A DNA stretch of 64,000 nt from Octopus sinensis (lineage: Eukaryota), in the NCBI RefSeq assembly GCF_006345805.1, contig NC_043024.1, forward strand, positions 6,882,001-6,946,000. Reading direction: 5' to 3'. Position 1 is the stretch's first letter. Each line of letters begins with the position of its first letter. The notes beneath the pieces were generated by a model. That model ran no database searches, was not told the origin of the DNA, and saw nothing but the letters and a program-made list of their open reading frames with translations. Positions 41,174 through 52,965 of the stretch are shown here, piece after piece. The position numbers and the translations under genes are program-made.

Positions 41174-41313
41174 TTACTCTTTTACTTGTTTCAGTCATTT
41201 GACTGCAGCCATGCTGGAGCACCGCCTTTAGTTGAGCAAATCAACCCCAGGACTTATTCTTTGTAAGCCTAGTTAGTACTTGTTCAATCGATCTCTTTTG
41301 CCGAAGTACATAC

Positions 41314-41358
<45 letters not shown>

Positions 41359-41967
41359 TATATGACAGGCTTCTTTCAGTTTCCATCTACCTAATCCACT
41401 CACAAGGCTTTGGTTGGCCCAAAGCTATAGTAGAAGGCACCTGCCCAAGGTGCCACGTAGTGAGGACTGAACCCGGAACCATGTGGTTTGTAAACAAGCT
41501 ACTTACCACACAGCCACTTCTACACCTCTTAACCAAGCCATCAGCTGCTGGTATACTCTCTTTACTCTTTTACTTGTTTCAGTCATTTGACTGTGGACAT
41601 GCTGGAGCACCGCCTTTTAATCGACAAATCGACCCCGGGACTTATTCTTTTGTAAGCCCAGTACTTATTCTATCAGTCTCTTTTGCCGAACCGCTAAGTG
41701 ACGGGGACGTAAACACACCAGCATTGGTTGTCAAGCAATGCTAGGGGGACAAACACAGACACACAAACATATACACACACACTTGTATATATATACATAT
41801 ATATGACAGGCTTCTTTCAGTTTCCGTCTACCAAATCCACTCACAAGGCATTGGTCGGCCCGGGGCTATAGCAGAAGACACTTGCCCAAGATGTCACACA
41901 GTGGGACTGAACCCGGGACCATGTGGTTGGTTAGCAAGCTACTTACCACACAGCGACTCCTGCGCCT
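41174..41967 (-). mobile_element. Two tandem well-preserved SINE-A copies
   Basis: 41174-41525 and 41556-41967. The second keeps many CpGs, suggesting a young insertion. Confidence 0.87.
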
Positions 41968-42185
41968 ATGTGGCAAATTTCCAGAAAAGAAAGAAACATT
42001 ATAAAATGCTTATGTAATATTGTTTACAAAAAAAATATGCAATAAAAAATTTGTCAGCCTTTTTTTATATTCATTACAATAATTGTTTCTGGTATAAATT
42101 AATATTATTAAAAAATATTACCAGTCTGTGGCACATTGGGGGGGGGGGGGCTGCCAGTATGCGACATCAGAAAGTTTGGGAAGCT
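41968..42185. mobile_element. hAT MITE family H1, opposite-orientation copy
   Basis: Reverse complement of the internal part of 50322-50565. Ends in aagtttgggaagc. Confidence 0.7.
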
Positions 42186-42584
42186 CATTCTGCCTTGGCT
42201 TTGTTTCCCATTTTCCTTGGCTAACTTGGAAGCCTACTATGGATGACCATTTATAGTACTTACAGTGTTCCTATTGGTTTGGTTCATCAATGAACTAAAT
42301 CCTTCGTATTCATTGTATACTATATGTATATATCGTATTCTTTTATTATTTTACTTTTTTCGGTCATTTGACTGCGGCCATGCTGGAGCACTGCCTTTTA
42401 GTCGAAGATATCAACTCCAAGACTTTACAAGTCTAGTACTTATGGCCATGGTTGATCAGGCATGAGTGAATTTGGTAAACAGAAACCAATGGGAGAAAAC
42501 CATCATGAGAGTGTGTGCGTGTGTGCATGCTGACCCCTCTCTAGAAACATTTGACTGTTGTATATGTGTCACCTTCATATATTT

Positions 42585-42775
42585 AGGGCGGCGAGATGGC
42601 AGAATTGTTAGCATGCCGGGCGAAATGCTTAGTGGTATTTCATCTCCCATTACGTTCTGAGTTCAAATTCTGCCGAGGTTGACTTTGCCTTTCATCCTTT
42701 CAGGGTCAATTAAATAAGTCCCAGTTATGCACCCTGGTTGATGTAATCGACTCAATCCCTTCGTCTGGTAAATAT
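42585..42775 (+). mobile_element. SINE-B copy
   Basis: Aligns to 21564-21790. Confidence 0.8.
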
Positions 42776-43380
42776 ATCTGTTAAAATGAGATGTTGGTGT
42801 TATTTTCGTATTTGTGTAATTAAGACAATGTATTCACCACCACACGCCTTCTGTGTATGTGTGTGTGTATAAATTATCAAAGACAGGTGACTTTATGGTA
42901 GAGCTGTTTAAAGAGGGTTAAAAAAAGAAAAATCAAGATTGATTTAATGTCTAATCACTGTTGACCTTTGAACCCTGACATTGTTTATTTCAGCTGGGTC
43001 ATGCTGAAGATTTAATTTGCTGTAAAACAAAAACTCGACATGATTGTGTAAGATGTTAAATTTTGATCAGTATTTTATCTTTGCAGATAGCATAGTTTTT
43101 GTTTTATCAGTTTTAAGCCTTCATCTGACCTGGTTTGTTCTCTTAGTAGTTTTAATACTGTGGTTATCTAGTACAAAATATCACCTATCACGTGTTCAAA
43201 TCTTGATTTGGACCCCTCCTTTTTTTTGTTTTTTTTAAAAAATACTTTAGATAATTATCACCATATTTTTAATTGATTAGTTTTAATCTATTATGAAAAT
43301 AATAAAAAATTTGGAAGGATTTTGTAAACTCTTAACTCTTTATTTGTCAGTTTAAAGCCTTTTAAAAAGTTTCCCCTGAA

Positions 43381-43790
43381 CGTCTGTGCTGGTTTTCAGG
43401 CTTATTGTTGGCCCTTGTTTCATGATCTAAGTAATATCAAGTTCTCCTTTTCTAAGTCCCAAGTTGTGGAGGTGGGGAAAAAAAAAGGGAATATGTATCA
43501 TATGATGCTTGGATGCCAGGGAATTTTCATAATCGTCACCAAATTTCTAATGGATTAGCTTTTAATCAGTTATGAAAATAATCTGCCTTAATTCTTTGGC
43601 AGTTTAAAGCATCTTAATAAGTTACTACTAAACGTGTGCTCATTTTCGGACTTTTATTTGGCCCTTGTTTCATGTTCTGAGTAATATCAAGTTTTTCTTT
43701 CCTAAGTCCCAAGTTACTGCGATGGTTGAAATAAAAATTGGGAATGCGTATCATATCAAATGCATGGACACCAGGGAAATATGTCCTATA
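43381..43790. repeat. Diverged direct repeat (about 250-nt period) with a third dispersed copy near 56200-56350
   Basis: ttggcccttgtttcatg.tct.agtaatatcaagtt...ctaagtcccaagtt at about 43408 and 43660. Confidence 0.8.
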
Positions 43791-44829
43791 TATTGCACAT
43801 GATACACAAGATGGGCAAATTTTGTTTGGGTCATGATGTTAAGAACTTAAGTAGCAATGGTAAGTTTTAATTTTAACTATGAACATTTTACAAGTGGTTT
43901 TGATCCTCCTATAACCAGAGGCAATCTTGGGGGTTGGTTGTTAATCAGAGGTTAACCTTTCACAAAGTCAATAAGTACCAGTTATATGATGGGAGGATTC
44001 AAGTGTTTGTCATTTCTCTCAAGAGGCATTTTATGAAGGCAAGGATGATAAAAATGATGGTGTTGAACTAAATAATTTCTTAGTTAGTGCCATTTTGAGA
44101 TCAAATCTGTCTAGAGCCAGGGCCTTGCCTTTCATACTGACCTTAAATTGAACCTGCAATTCTCCCATTAAAAAAAAAAAAATGAAGTTTTTACCTTTGT
44201 AAAAAGATTTGGTTGCTATTTCTAGCTTTTAGGAGTTCCCTTGTTGGCTTGAATTCACAAATACAGATTTAACTTATTTTTTTTTGATTTATTAAATCTT
44301 GAAGATTAGCCATATTGTCAGGAGACCCCTTATAAATTTACATGGTTATGTGATTAAAAAACTTGCTTCACAGTCATGTGGTTTCAAGTTCAATCTCACT
44401 GCATAGCACCTCAGGCAAGTATCTTTTGGTTTTGGTGAGGTTGTAAAGGCTGCTGCATGTAGACATGTGCCCTTCAAGCGACTCTTCTAATTACAAAATT
44501 AACTTTGTATCTTGTCAAAAGGGGTTGTGTGCAATTTTTATTTCTAGTCGGACATATCGGGCTAGTTACCTGGTTTCTATGACTGAGATCACACCATTCT
44601 CTTGGACAGGACACCAGTCCCTTACAAATTTACTGTTTTACATCTGGGTGAACTGCAGCAGTGGGGAATAAAGTGCTTTACCCAAGAACACAATGCAGTA
44701 ACTGGCCTGAAAGTTGAAACCACAATCCTGTGATTATGAGTACAACATCCTAACCTCAAGGACAAGCATCTTCACAAATTTGTCTTAACAATTGGTGATA
44801 TTTTAGTGCTTGACCTGAACAATAACAAT

Positions 44830-44980
44830 AATATCGAAAAATACCTTAGTAATGAGAACCCATGTTTGAAATTTCCCAAAGACACCTGAAGAAGACTGGA
44901 GGGTATATCAGCCGAAACGTTGTGTTAACAACAAACAAGGTGAGGACGAATAGCCATCGAATGTAAATAATGTAAATAAA
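44830..44980 (+). mobile_element. Penelope-derived hammerhead-bearing repeat unit, copy 1
   Basis: About 150 nt alignable to 46457-46625 (aatatcgaaaaatacc...tgtaaataatgta). Confidence 0.65.
44881..44926 (+). ncRNA. Minimal type-I hammerhead ribozyme motif (Penelope type)
   Basis: GACAC-CTGAAGA-A-GACTG(loop)CAGCC-GAAAC-GTT^GTGTT. Stem I is GACAC/GTGTT, stem II is GACTG/CAGCC (one A.C mismatch), and stem III is a palindromic ACGT. Predicted cut after 44921. Confidence 0.75.
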
Positions 44981-46249
44981 GACCTTGTGGTTCTTCCAGA
45001 ACTGTCTTTAGACATTGGAAATATTTTTCCCTTGAATATTTTATTTGCTAGCATTTGTTTGATGGGTTTTCACCCATGTCTATGACATGGTTTTTTTGTG
45101 GCTGGATGCTTTTCCCGTCTCCAATCATTTTACAGCTCTTGGTCACTTGAAAAACTAGGTTAGCCTGTCGGTTTCATGTCCTCAAAGAAAGCATAAACGT
45201 AGCAACCTTTTATCTTTTCTGCATTTGATTAACAAAATTAATATTAATGTCCCACCCCCTTCAAAACAAACTGCTCTAGTAGTGGCAGTATTACAAATAC
45301 TATTGCTCTTTGTGTCTTGAGGTTATAAATTATCTTGAGTCCTGAATTTGAAGTCCCCCCCCCCTTAAATACCTCCAACAAGGAGGCCTCTCTGCAGTTC
45401 ATTTGTTCTGGATATACTTATTTAGGTGCACAATTATTTAAGCTCTCTAATCTTCGTAGAAATCTTCATAGTTTTTAGTTGGCAATTTGTTTGGAAGAAA
45501 TGATACAGAAATATTCTTTTATTCTGCTTTTTAACTTGTTTTGAAACTGTTTGTTGAAACAAATGTACTTTGGTGGGGTCATATTGCCAATAGGCACATG
45601 CACTGGTTGCAGTTCACTTGAGTTTTAGTTTTTTTCTTTTAGATAATTAACCAAACTTCATCATGCTAATGTGACCTTTTTGATAAAGAATTAGAAGTTA
45701 TCAAGGAAGCCACAGTACTGTGATGAAAAAAATTAGACAAATAAGCTTTTAGTAAAACTAAAACCATGATTGTACCAAAGGAATTTTATGGATATTTTCT
45801 ACTCATCTCTATAGTTTAAGCCTGGATAGGTGTTCCTGGTCATTGCAGCTCTGTTGAACAGTTTTCCTGTGAAAGTTTAGTTTGAATAATGTATTCCATT
45901 GGTGTTGAATCTTGTTTAAAAATATCCAGTTCCTCCTTCAGTTTTATTTAAGTCTTCAATTTACTTAAACAGGAAAAGAAAGTGATTATAGTCAGTCTGA
46001 GATGAGATGGAGCTCTGCTCCCAACTATTACAAGGCTGTCAAACCTAGTAAAATTGATGCTGGACTGGGATTCAACATTGGGAGCTCTGTAGAAAATCTG
46101 TATGCTGGCATGACTGTGGTTACGGAATTTGCTTCTCAACCTTGTGATTTGGGGTTGAATCACATAGTGTGGTACCAACCCTGGCCTAACCAAATCCTGA
46201 GTGAATTTTGGTTGATGGAAGCTGAAAGAAGACCAATCGTGGCCGTTTC

Positions 46250-46455
46250 CATCCTCCTCTGGCCCCTGTGCTGGTAGCATGTAAAAAGCACCCAATACAC
46301 TCACAGAGTGGTTGGCATTAGGAAGGGCATCCAGCTGTAGAAACACTGCCAGATCAGACTGGAGCATAGTTCAGCCTTCTGGCTTCCCAGACCCTGGTCA
46401 AACCGTCCAACCCATGCTAGCATGGAAAACGGACGTTAAACATGATGATGGTGAT
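46250..46455 (+). mobile_element. SINE-D copy
   Basis: ggttggcattaggaagggcatccagctgtagaaac...catgctagcatggaaaacggacgttaaacatgatgatg. Confidence 0.8.
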
Positions 46456-46456
46456 G

Positions 46457-46625
46457 AATATTGAAAAATACTTTAGGAATGAGAACCCAGGTTTGAGATT
46501 TCCCCAAGACATCTGATGAAGGCTGGAGGGTATATCAACGGAAATGTGTTAACAAAGATGAGGACAAATGGCCATCAAATGTAATTAATGTACATAATTC
46601 CTCAACTCTTAAATATAGAACTGTA
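46457..46625 (+). mobile_element. Penelope-derived hammerhead-bearing repeat unit, copy 2
   Basis: Diverged copy of 44830-44980, lying between an RTE-tail SINE and a piggyBac MITE fragment. Confidence 0.65.
46508..46550 (+). ncRNA. Degenerate second hammerhead motif
   Basis: GACAT-CTGATGA-A-GGCTG(loop)CAACG-GAAA-TGTGTT. The core is intact, but the stem II 3' arm is mutated and 3 nt of the ACGT stem III are deleted. Confidence 0.6.
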
Positions 46626-47004
46626 TAATCCTGTATTATCTTGTAGCTTTGAGATTTTTGTAATGTGATGACTTATTTTTAGTAGATTAGATGTGAGAGG
46701 CTAGATAGATCTGGCTGGTTTGAACATAAAATGGATTATTATTTAAGCCGGATATGGCCAGTTTGAATGCTAAAAGGTTAAACCAAATATCGGGCCTTCC
46801 ACTCAAGGGTGGTAATTGGTAGGGGTCTGTTATGATTGACTGCTACAGTGCAGTTTGCTAGAGATACCTGAAGGCCAAGTATTGGTGTTTGACGAGATGT
46901 TGTCATTGGATCGGTGATGTACAGGTACTCCTGGTGGGCCACACTAAACTATTGATGGTTCACTCGAAAGACCAAGAAATCAGCACTTTTTTTATATTCT
47001 TTTA

Positions 47005-47361
47005 TTCATTTATTTGTTTCAGTCATTTGACTGTGGCCATACTAGGGCACTGCCTTTAGTTGAACAAATTGACCCCAGGACTTATTCTTTGTAAGCCTAG
47101 TACTTATATTGGTTTCTTTTGCCAAACCGCTAAGTTATGGGGATGTAAACACACCAGCATCGGTTGTCAAGCGATGGTGAGGACACACACACATATATAT
47201 GAGGGGCTTCTTTCAGTTTCCGTCTATCAAATCCACTCAAAGCTTTGGTCTGCCTGAGGCTATAGTAGAAAACACTTGCCCAAGGTGCCACACAGTGGGA
47301 CTGAACCCAGAACCATGTGGTTGGTAAGCAAACTACTTACCACACAGCCACTCCTGTTCCT
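47005..47361 (-). mobile_element. SINE-A full-length copy
   Basis: Aligns end to end with the family pattern. Confidence 0.85.
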
Positions 47362-47488
47362 ATGAAATTGGTAGGGATCTATTATGTAAAACTTTTTTAG
47401 GTTTGATTCTCTAGGCCAGTATGGGTTAGATGGAACTTTTTGTACCACTGTGTAAGAGACGGATTGTATAGGATACGGTGTACCTATT

Positions 47489-47700
47489 AAGATGGCAAGC
47501 TGGCAGTATCATTAATACGTTGGGCAAAATGTTTAGCGGCATTCCGTCTGTCTTCATGTTCTGAGTTCGAATTCTTCCGACTTTGCTTTTCATCCTTTCA
47601 GGGTTAATAGAATAAGTGCCAGTTGAGTACTGGGGTCGATGCAATCAACTTACACCACCTCCCCCAAATTTCAGGCCTTCTACTATAGAAAGGATTAGAC
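47489..47700 (+). mobile_element. SINE-B copy
   Basis: Aligns to 21564-21790; abuts the minisatellite. Confidence 0.8.
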
Positions 47701-47733
47701 TGAAGGAGCAATGGGCCTTCATGGCATCCTTTC

Positions 47734-48240
47734 TCCTTCTCTCTCTCTCTGGCTTCCCTCCCACCCTCTCTCTCTCTGGCTTCCCTCCCACCTTCTCTCT
47801 CTCTCTCTGGCTTCCCCCCACCCTCTCTCTCTCTCTGGCTTCCCTCCCACCCACCCTCTCTGGCTTCCCTCCCACCCTCCCTCTCTGGCTTCCCTCCCAC
47901 CCACCCTCTCTGGCTTCCCTCCCACCCACCCTCTCTGGCTTCCCTCCCTCCCACCCTCTCTCTCTGGCTTCCCTCCCTCCCACCCTCTCTCTCTGGCTTC
48001 CCTCCCTCCCACCCTCTCTCTGGCTTCCCTCCCAACCACCCTCTCTCTCTGGCTTCCCACCCACCCTCTCTCTCTCTGGCTTCCCACCCACCCTCTCTCT
48101 CTCTGGCTTCCCTCCCACCCTCTCTATCTGGCTTCCCTCCCACCCTCTCTCTCTATTTGGCTTCCCTCCCACCCTCGGCCTCTGGCTGCCTCTCTCTCTG
48201 TCTGTCCTCCTTCCCACCTCTTTCTCTCTCTCTGGCTGTC
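47734..48240. repeat. Minisatellite, about 16-18 units of 25-30 nt (ctggcttccctcccaccctctctct)
   Basis: Repeated ctggcttccc anchor with variable (ct)n and ccac counts; the + strand is almost purely pyrimidine. Confidence 0.95.
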
Positions 48241-49039
48241 CTCCCTCCCTGTCACTCCCCAACTAAAGCACTGTTGACCACTTATCCTTCCCAGCTGGCC
48301 AGTTGCACCCCCTCACCGTTCTCCATTTCATCCCTGTCACCCCCTCACACAGCTGAATTACTACCCCTCCCCCCTCCTTAGTCTGTCATTAATGTGTATC
48401 TAAGCTGTTAACATTCTTGTCTCCATTATATATATTATTACGACCAACACAAACATGGTTTACCATCATAAACCAGACACTTTCTCAAATTTTATTAAAG
48501 TTTTGAATTTCCTTTTATATTTTTTGTTTTTTTTTAAAGAAAAATACCCCAAAATCTTAAACTTTTTACTGTTTTCTTTATTTTTCAAAAAAAAAAAAAA
48601 ACAGATTTTAGATGCTATAGATAGCTTTGTGTCTCAAGCTGTCCCCTGGGATGTCTTCAAAGGTCATACGAAGGTCAGGATACATTGCACATTGAGCAGC
48701 AGAAAATGTATAAGGGGGAAAAAAAAAATTTCCCCCCCACCTCAAACTCTCCTCATAGAATGCACAAAGAATTTAGTCATTGTTTTCGTTCTTTGAATTA
48801 TTAAACTCCTCCACTTACCTCATTCCTTTTAGATGATCAATATATATATTTTTCCCACTCTATCCTCTCGTCTTGCTTGCAGGATATGTCTGCTAGTTGT
48901 ATTATTACTTGCCGCTATTTTTGTTGTTATTATTGCTATTTTTCCTATTGTTGTTGTTGTTGTTGCCTGCAGATAAAAAAGAAAAGCATCTTGTACACTG
49001 TTACTGTTTGCTTCGTTGTGTAAAGTATTTCTTTCTGTT

Positions 49040-49489
49040 TTGACCCTTTAACATTCAGATTTCGTTGTCAAATGTAAAACATTTACTCGTTAAATTCAAA
49101 TTATGATGAATGTAAACAAACAAACAAAGTTTGCTTTAAAAGCGTTGAGATGTCTTAGAAAGTTAAATAAGTGATTTTAAATTCTCAAACTCCGGATAAT
49201 GTTAATAATCTAAGCCTGATGGAGTAGCTTATCCTGTTCAGGCTGTATTAGTAGCTTTATCCTGTGTCTGAGAATTTAAAACCACTTCTTTAATAGTTAT
49301 TAATGTCGTTTTGTATTAATCATGTATTATCTCATAGCTTTGAGATTTTGATGGTGACAGTTTTATTGTTTTATTCTTAGAAGAATGACATTGTAGGGTC
49401 AGTGTAAGAGGCTGGATCTGTTTAGTTTGAACATAAAACAGGTAGAATATTTTGGCTAGATTTGGCCCGTTTAAATGCTAAAGGGTTAA
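49040..49489. mobile_element. piggyBac-type MITE P1 with about 210-bp internal insert
   Basis: ttgacccttta...aatgctaaagggTTAA, with unrelated sequence at about 49100-49310. Confidence 0.7.
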
Positions 49490-49869
49490 CCTTTTTGATA
49501 GCAACCCATCTGAAACCACCCCAAGTTCTATGATAAACTCAATGTTTTCAAGTGGCCTGAATTCTAATCATCTATCAAGCTTTTCTGCTAATTTGTTCCA
49601 GGCCCCAGCTTAATAATGAGTTAGTTTACTAAATTCTTTTTGTTGTGTCTAGGGAGAGTCATTATGCCATTGTTCAGTTCCACTCATTTGTTATTATTAG
49701 TCAACTGGGTTAAATTGACTCTCCCTAGATAAAATTTGTTTCAACACACAAATTCACATAAAGAATCTTGCAAACCAGATACAAAAATGAACTAAATTCT
49801 TCATTTTTTTAATATTACTTGAAACAAAAGCAGTATATGTCAACAGAAATTTGGTAACAAAAGGGTTAA
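49486..49869. mobile_element. piggyBac-type MITE, family P2
   Basis: TTAAcctttttgatagc...ggtaacaaaagggTTAA. Shares its left TTAA with the preceding P1 copy. Confidence 0.7.
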
Positions 49870-50321
49870 AAGTGGTTTTAAAATGGCCTTTTTCTAGATT
49901 TGAACTGATAATTAAAAAAATAGAATCAAAACAAAACTTTATTCTGCAAGGAAAATATAAATTGGATGCCATGTTTTTAGTAACAGCTGATATGTTAACG
50001 GCCCTCCCTCCCTCCTCTCTGACCCTCATGACTTAGGAACCTCAAAGTTGGTGGGTCTTGTTCCTGGTTTTATAGAATTGTTTTTAAATGGTTATAAGCT
50101 TAAGCCAATCCCATGGTTGGAAAGGATTTATATAGATGTGCCATGTTTTGTAATGAAATGGAGAAAGAAACATTTTCTTTGACAGTGCTCCATCATGGCC
50201 ACAGCCTCTAGCTGAAACTGATAATAGAATATTTTGGTAGGGATATGGCTAGTATTTGAAGCTCACTGCTTCAGGTGGTGACTCAACATGCTAAAAATAG
50301 CAATGAAACTGTCATGTACAC

Positions 50322-50565
50322 CAGTACTTCTCAAACTATCTGATGTGTCAGGGACCGGTAATATTCCTTAGTAATATTTATTTATACCGGAAACAATATA
50401 TACAATGAATATAATAAAAGTTGACAATTTTTTTTTATCTTATATTTATTTTGTAAATAAATAATACAATATTACATAAGCATTTTATAATGTTTCTTTC
50501 TTTTCTGGAAAGTTGCCACATACCAGCAGCTGATGGTTTATGGACCACTACTTTGAGTAGCACTG
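50322..50565. mobile_element. hAT-Charlie-type MITE, family H1
   Basis: TIR cagtacttctcaaac / ctttgagtagcactg. TSD atgtacac / atttacac (7/8). Confidence 0.85.
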
Positions 50566-51232
50566 ATTTACACTGTATCTTGAAAGACAAATATTCGCTA
50601 ATGTAGTTTCTGGTATACAAAAAGATGGACAGTCACAATTGGAGTGTCTTTTTTTGAATTGTAGATCTGCTGGAACATGGCTAACTATAGACACAGAGAG
50701 TGATTCTCTTCGTATTTTTGTCTGTCACGCTAGACTGAGGAACAGTCACCAGACAAGTCATAAGCAAGGTAGAATGTTCCTTCAGTAAACTGGTCTGTCT
50801 TTTCTGTCATGGAACTAGCACTTATATATCTTAATGAGAAAGTAGCTGGATTCAATTAGCTTGCTCAGCATACGTAATTAAGAAGTTGATTACTCTTTAA
50901 AAATGTAGTTTTGTCTATTCATTTAATGACAATTGTAAAGTAGTAAATTTCTGAGACGTCACTCTAGATCAGTTCTCTGCAGCCTTTTTTGCACTTGCTG
51001 TAAACTTTTCATTTCAAAATCTGGCGACATGCATGAACTAAAAATATAACTAAATGTATAAGAAAAAAAAATTATATTCAGATTACACTGGCACACCAGT
51101 GTGCCACAGCATACCAGTTGTGGACCACTGCTTTAGACCTGGGTACTTTTCTCCTCAATCCTTTCCATGAGCCAAGTAAGCATCTAAATTATGTTAATCG
51201 CTTTTCAAACCACCCAAAAGTTGTCATACATT

Positions 51233-51235
<3 letters not shown>

Positions 51236-51296
<61 letters not shown>
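51236..51296. repeat. (TA)n microsatellite
   Basis: About 30 units. Others at 2580-2637, 4530-4582, 23078-23135, 27987-28013 and 33876-33946; (AAT)n at 54283-54317; (CTA)n at 13236-13260. Confidence 0.97.
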
Positions 51297-51300
<4 letters not shown>

Positions 51301-52380
51301 TACTGCCAGTTTATAGAATTGTTGAATCAGTCTACTCTTTTAATTAGTCCTTGAGCCCTGCCAAGTGTTTTTCATCCTTTGTGGTAGATTAAAATGAATA
51401 CCAGCTGTATATTGATGTCAACATGGCCCTTTGGGATTTCCAAAAGAAACATACCTTCTCTGGTGGTCTTCTGATGTATTCTCTCTGGTGCTTTTGTTTT
51501 TACTCGGTTCCATGCCATTCCTGTCCCCTTTCAGTTTCTCTTCTGCTGATCTCTGGCAGATGATCCACAAGGACTCTACCTGTTTTTCCTTAAGGCTTCT
51601 GAACCTAGGCTTGCCTTGTCAACACCTTTCTGGCTTTGAGATACTATTTACTTAGGGCCCAAGTGTCTTTGGATATCTAATATTTGAGATGTTTCTGTCA
51701 TTTCCATTCCAGACTAATTATAATATTGATGCCATTTTTGACCATCCATGTAAAAACAAATTGGGACTTTCCCATATAAGATATCAGTCTCTTCACACTA
51801 CTGAAGACTGGGTCTTTGGCTATAGAATAGGTTTTACACGTCAATGTCTGTCTAAATTTGAAGCTGTTACTTTTAAATCAGTTTTATGCAGAGCAGATGA
51901 ATCGAACCTGTTCCATATCATAGAACTGAAGTTCATGCTGAAGATCTTAACAGCTATTGGCTGCTCTGACTGAAGTCTAGTGTCCTGTAGTGGTCAGTGA
52001 GTCTCCTAGCAAGATACAATGTGGAACGTTTTCCTGCCAATCACGAAACTTAAACTAGATATGGATTGCAACTGTAATAACAAGTGAGCCTCTCTGCAGT
52101 TGCTTAGCATTCTAGAAATAGCAGTCAAATTTTCCCTCTCAGTACCCTCTCTCAAATATACCCCCGTCTCAGTTGAAAGGGGCTTTTCTCCGCACTTGTG
52201 CCAGTGTCCTATAAGAAGCACTCAGTACATTTTGTAAAGTGGTTAGTTTTAGGAAGGGCACCCACTTGTAGAAACCATGTCAAATCTGACTTTGAGATCT
52301 CATGCAGCTGCTTGTATCCAGTCAAACTGTTCAACCTATGACAGCATGGAAAACAGATGTTAGATGTTGATTTTATATAT

Positions 52381-52600
52381 CATCATCATCATCATAGCAT
52401 GCACTTGCTCATGCTTGCATGGGTCAGTTTGTTGAGGCAGACTTTCTATGGCCAGATGCCTTTCTCGTTACCAACCCATACCTGTTTCCAAGCCAGGTAA
52501 TATTTCTTCATGGTCCGATGTGTTCTTACAGAATATTGGAAATAAATGACACTGCTTGTATGACAGGGACACTTGTTTACAACTATCTTGTAATTGTTAA
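52381..52600 (-). mobile_element. Tail type 2 (module G) with (TGA)n tail
   Basis: (cat)n...catgcttgcatgggtcag...ggccagatgcctttc. Also at 1325-1540, 34880-35080 and 39190-39400. Confidence 0.75.
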
Positions 52601-52779
52601 GAAAGAACACACACATTCAAAGTAGTTTTAATCACTTATGCCTTATTCTGAAATCTTGGTCCAATAAAATTTTGTCATGCCCCATTGGTGTGGTACCCCA
52701 TCCCCTTACACATACCCCACCCTCTGGCATTGACGCTCTCTCATTGGTCCAGTGTCTTATTGCTGAGTGTCTGACAATC

Positions 52780-52965
52780 CCTGGCTGATTAAATTGCTGA
52801 CCAAAGGCGTTCCAGTTATGACCATCCTGTCATTTTAGAAATATCCATCTCTGAATGATCCTGTGGTTTCCTCTTTTTAAAGCCAATAGAGGTGGGGGTG
52901 ATTTGAGTGAGGTTTAGTTGCTATTTCTAGCAGCTTGAGTGACTGCATAAAAGCTTCCTAGTTGT
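52780..52965. repeat. Unclassified dispersed repeat family F
   Basis: The motif gatttg......tttgg.t.ctatttctagcag...gtgac recurs at about 3630, 5170, 6250, 15590 (reverse), 44200 and 61085 (reverse). Related left portions at 6075, 14690, 40330, 58140 and 62340. Confidence 0.6.

Noticed and set aside
47734-48240. CRISPR array
   Set aside because: Eukaryotic context, no unique spacers and no cas genes.
47604-48277. Five overlapping 122-216 aa ORFs
   Set aside because: They are translations of the minisatellite; the repeat unit simply lacks stop codons.
50570-51135. hAT transposase remnant before the TIR-like end at 51085-51131
   Set aside because: The end looks hAT-like, but I found no partner TIR, TSD or convincing translation.
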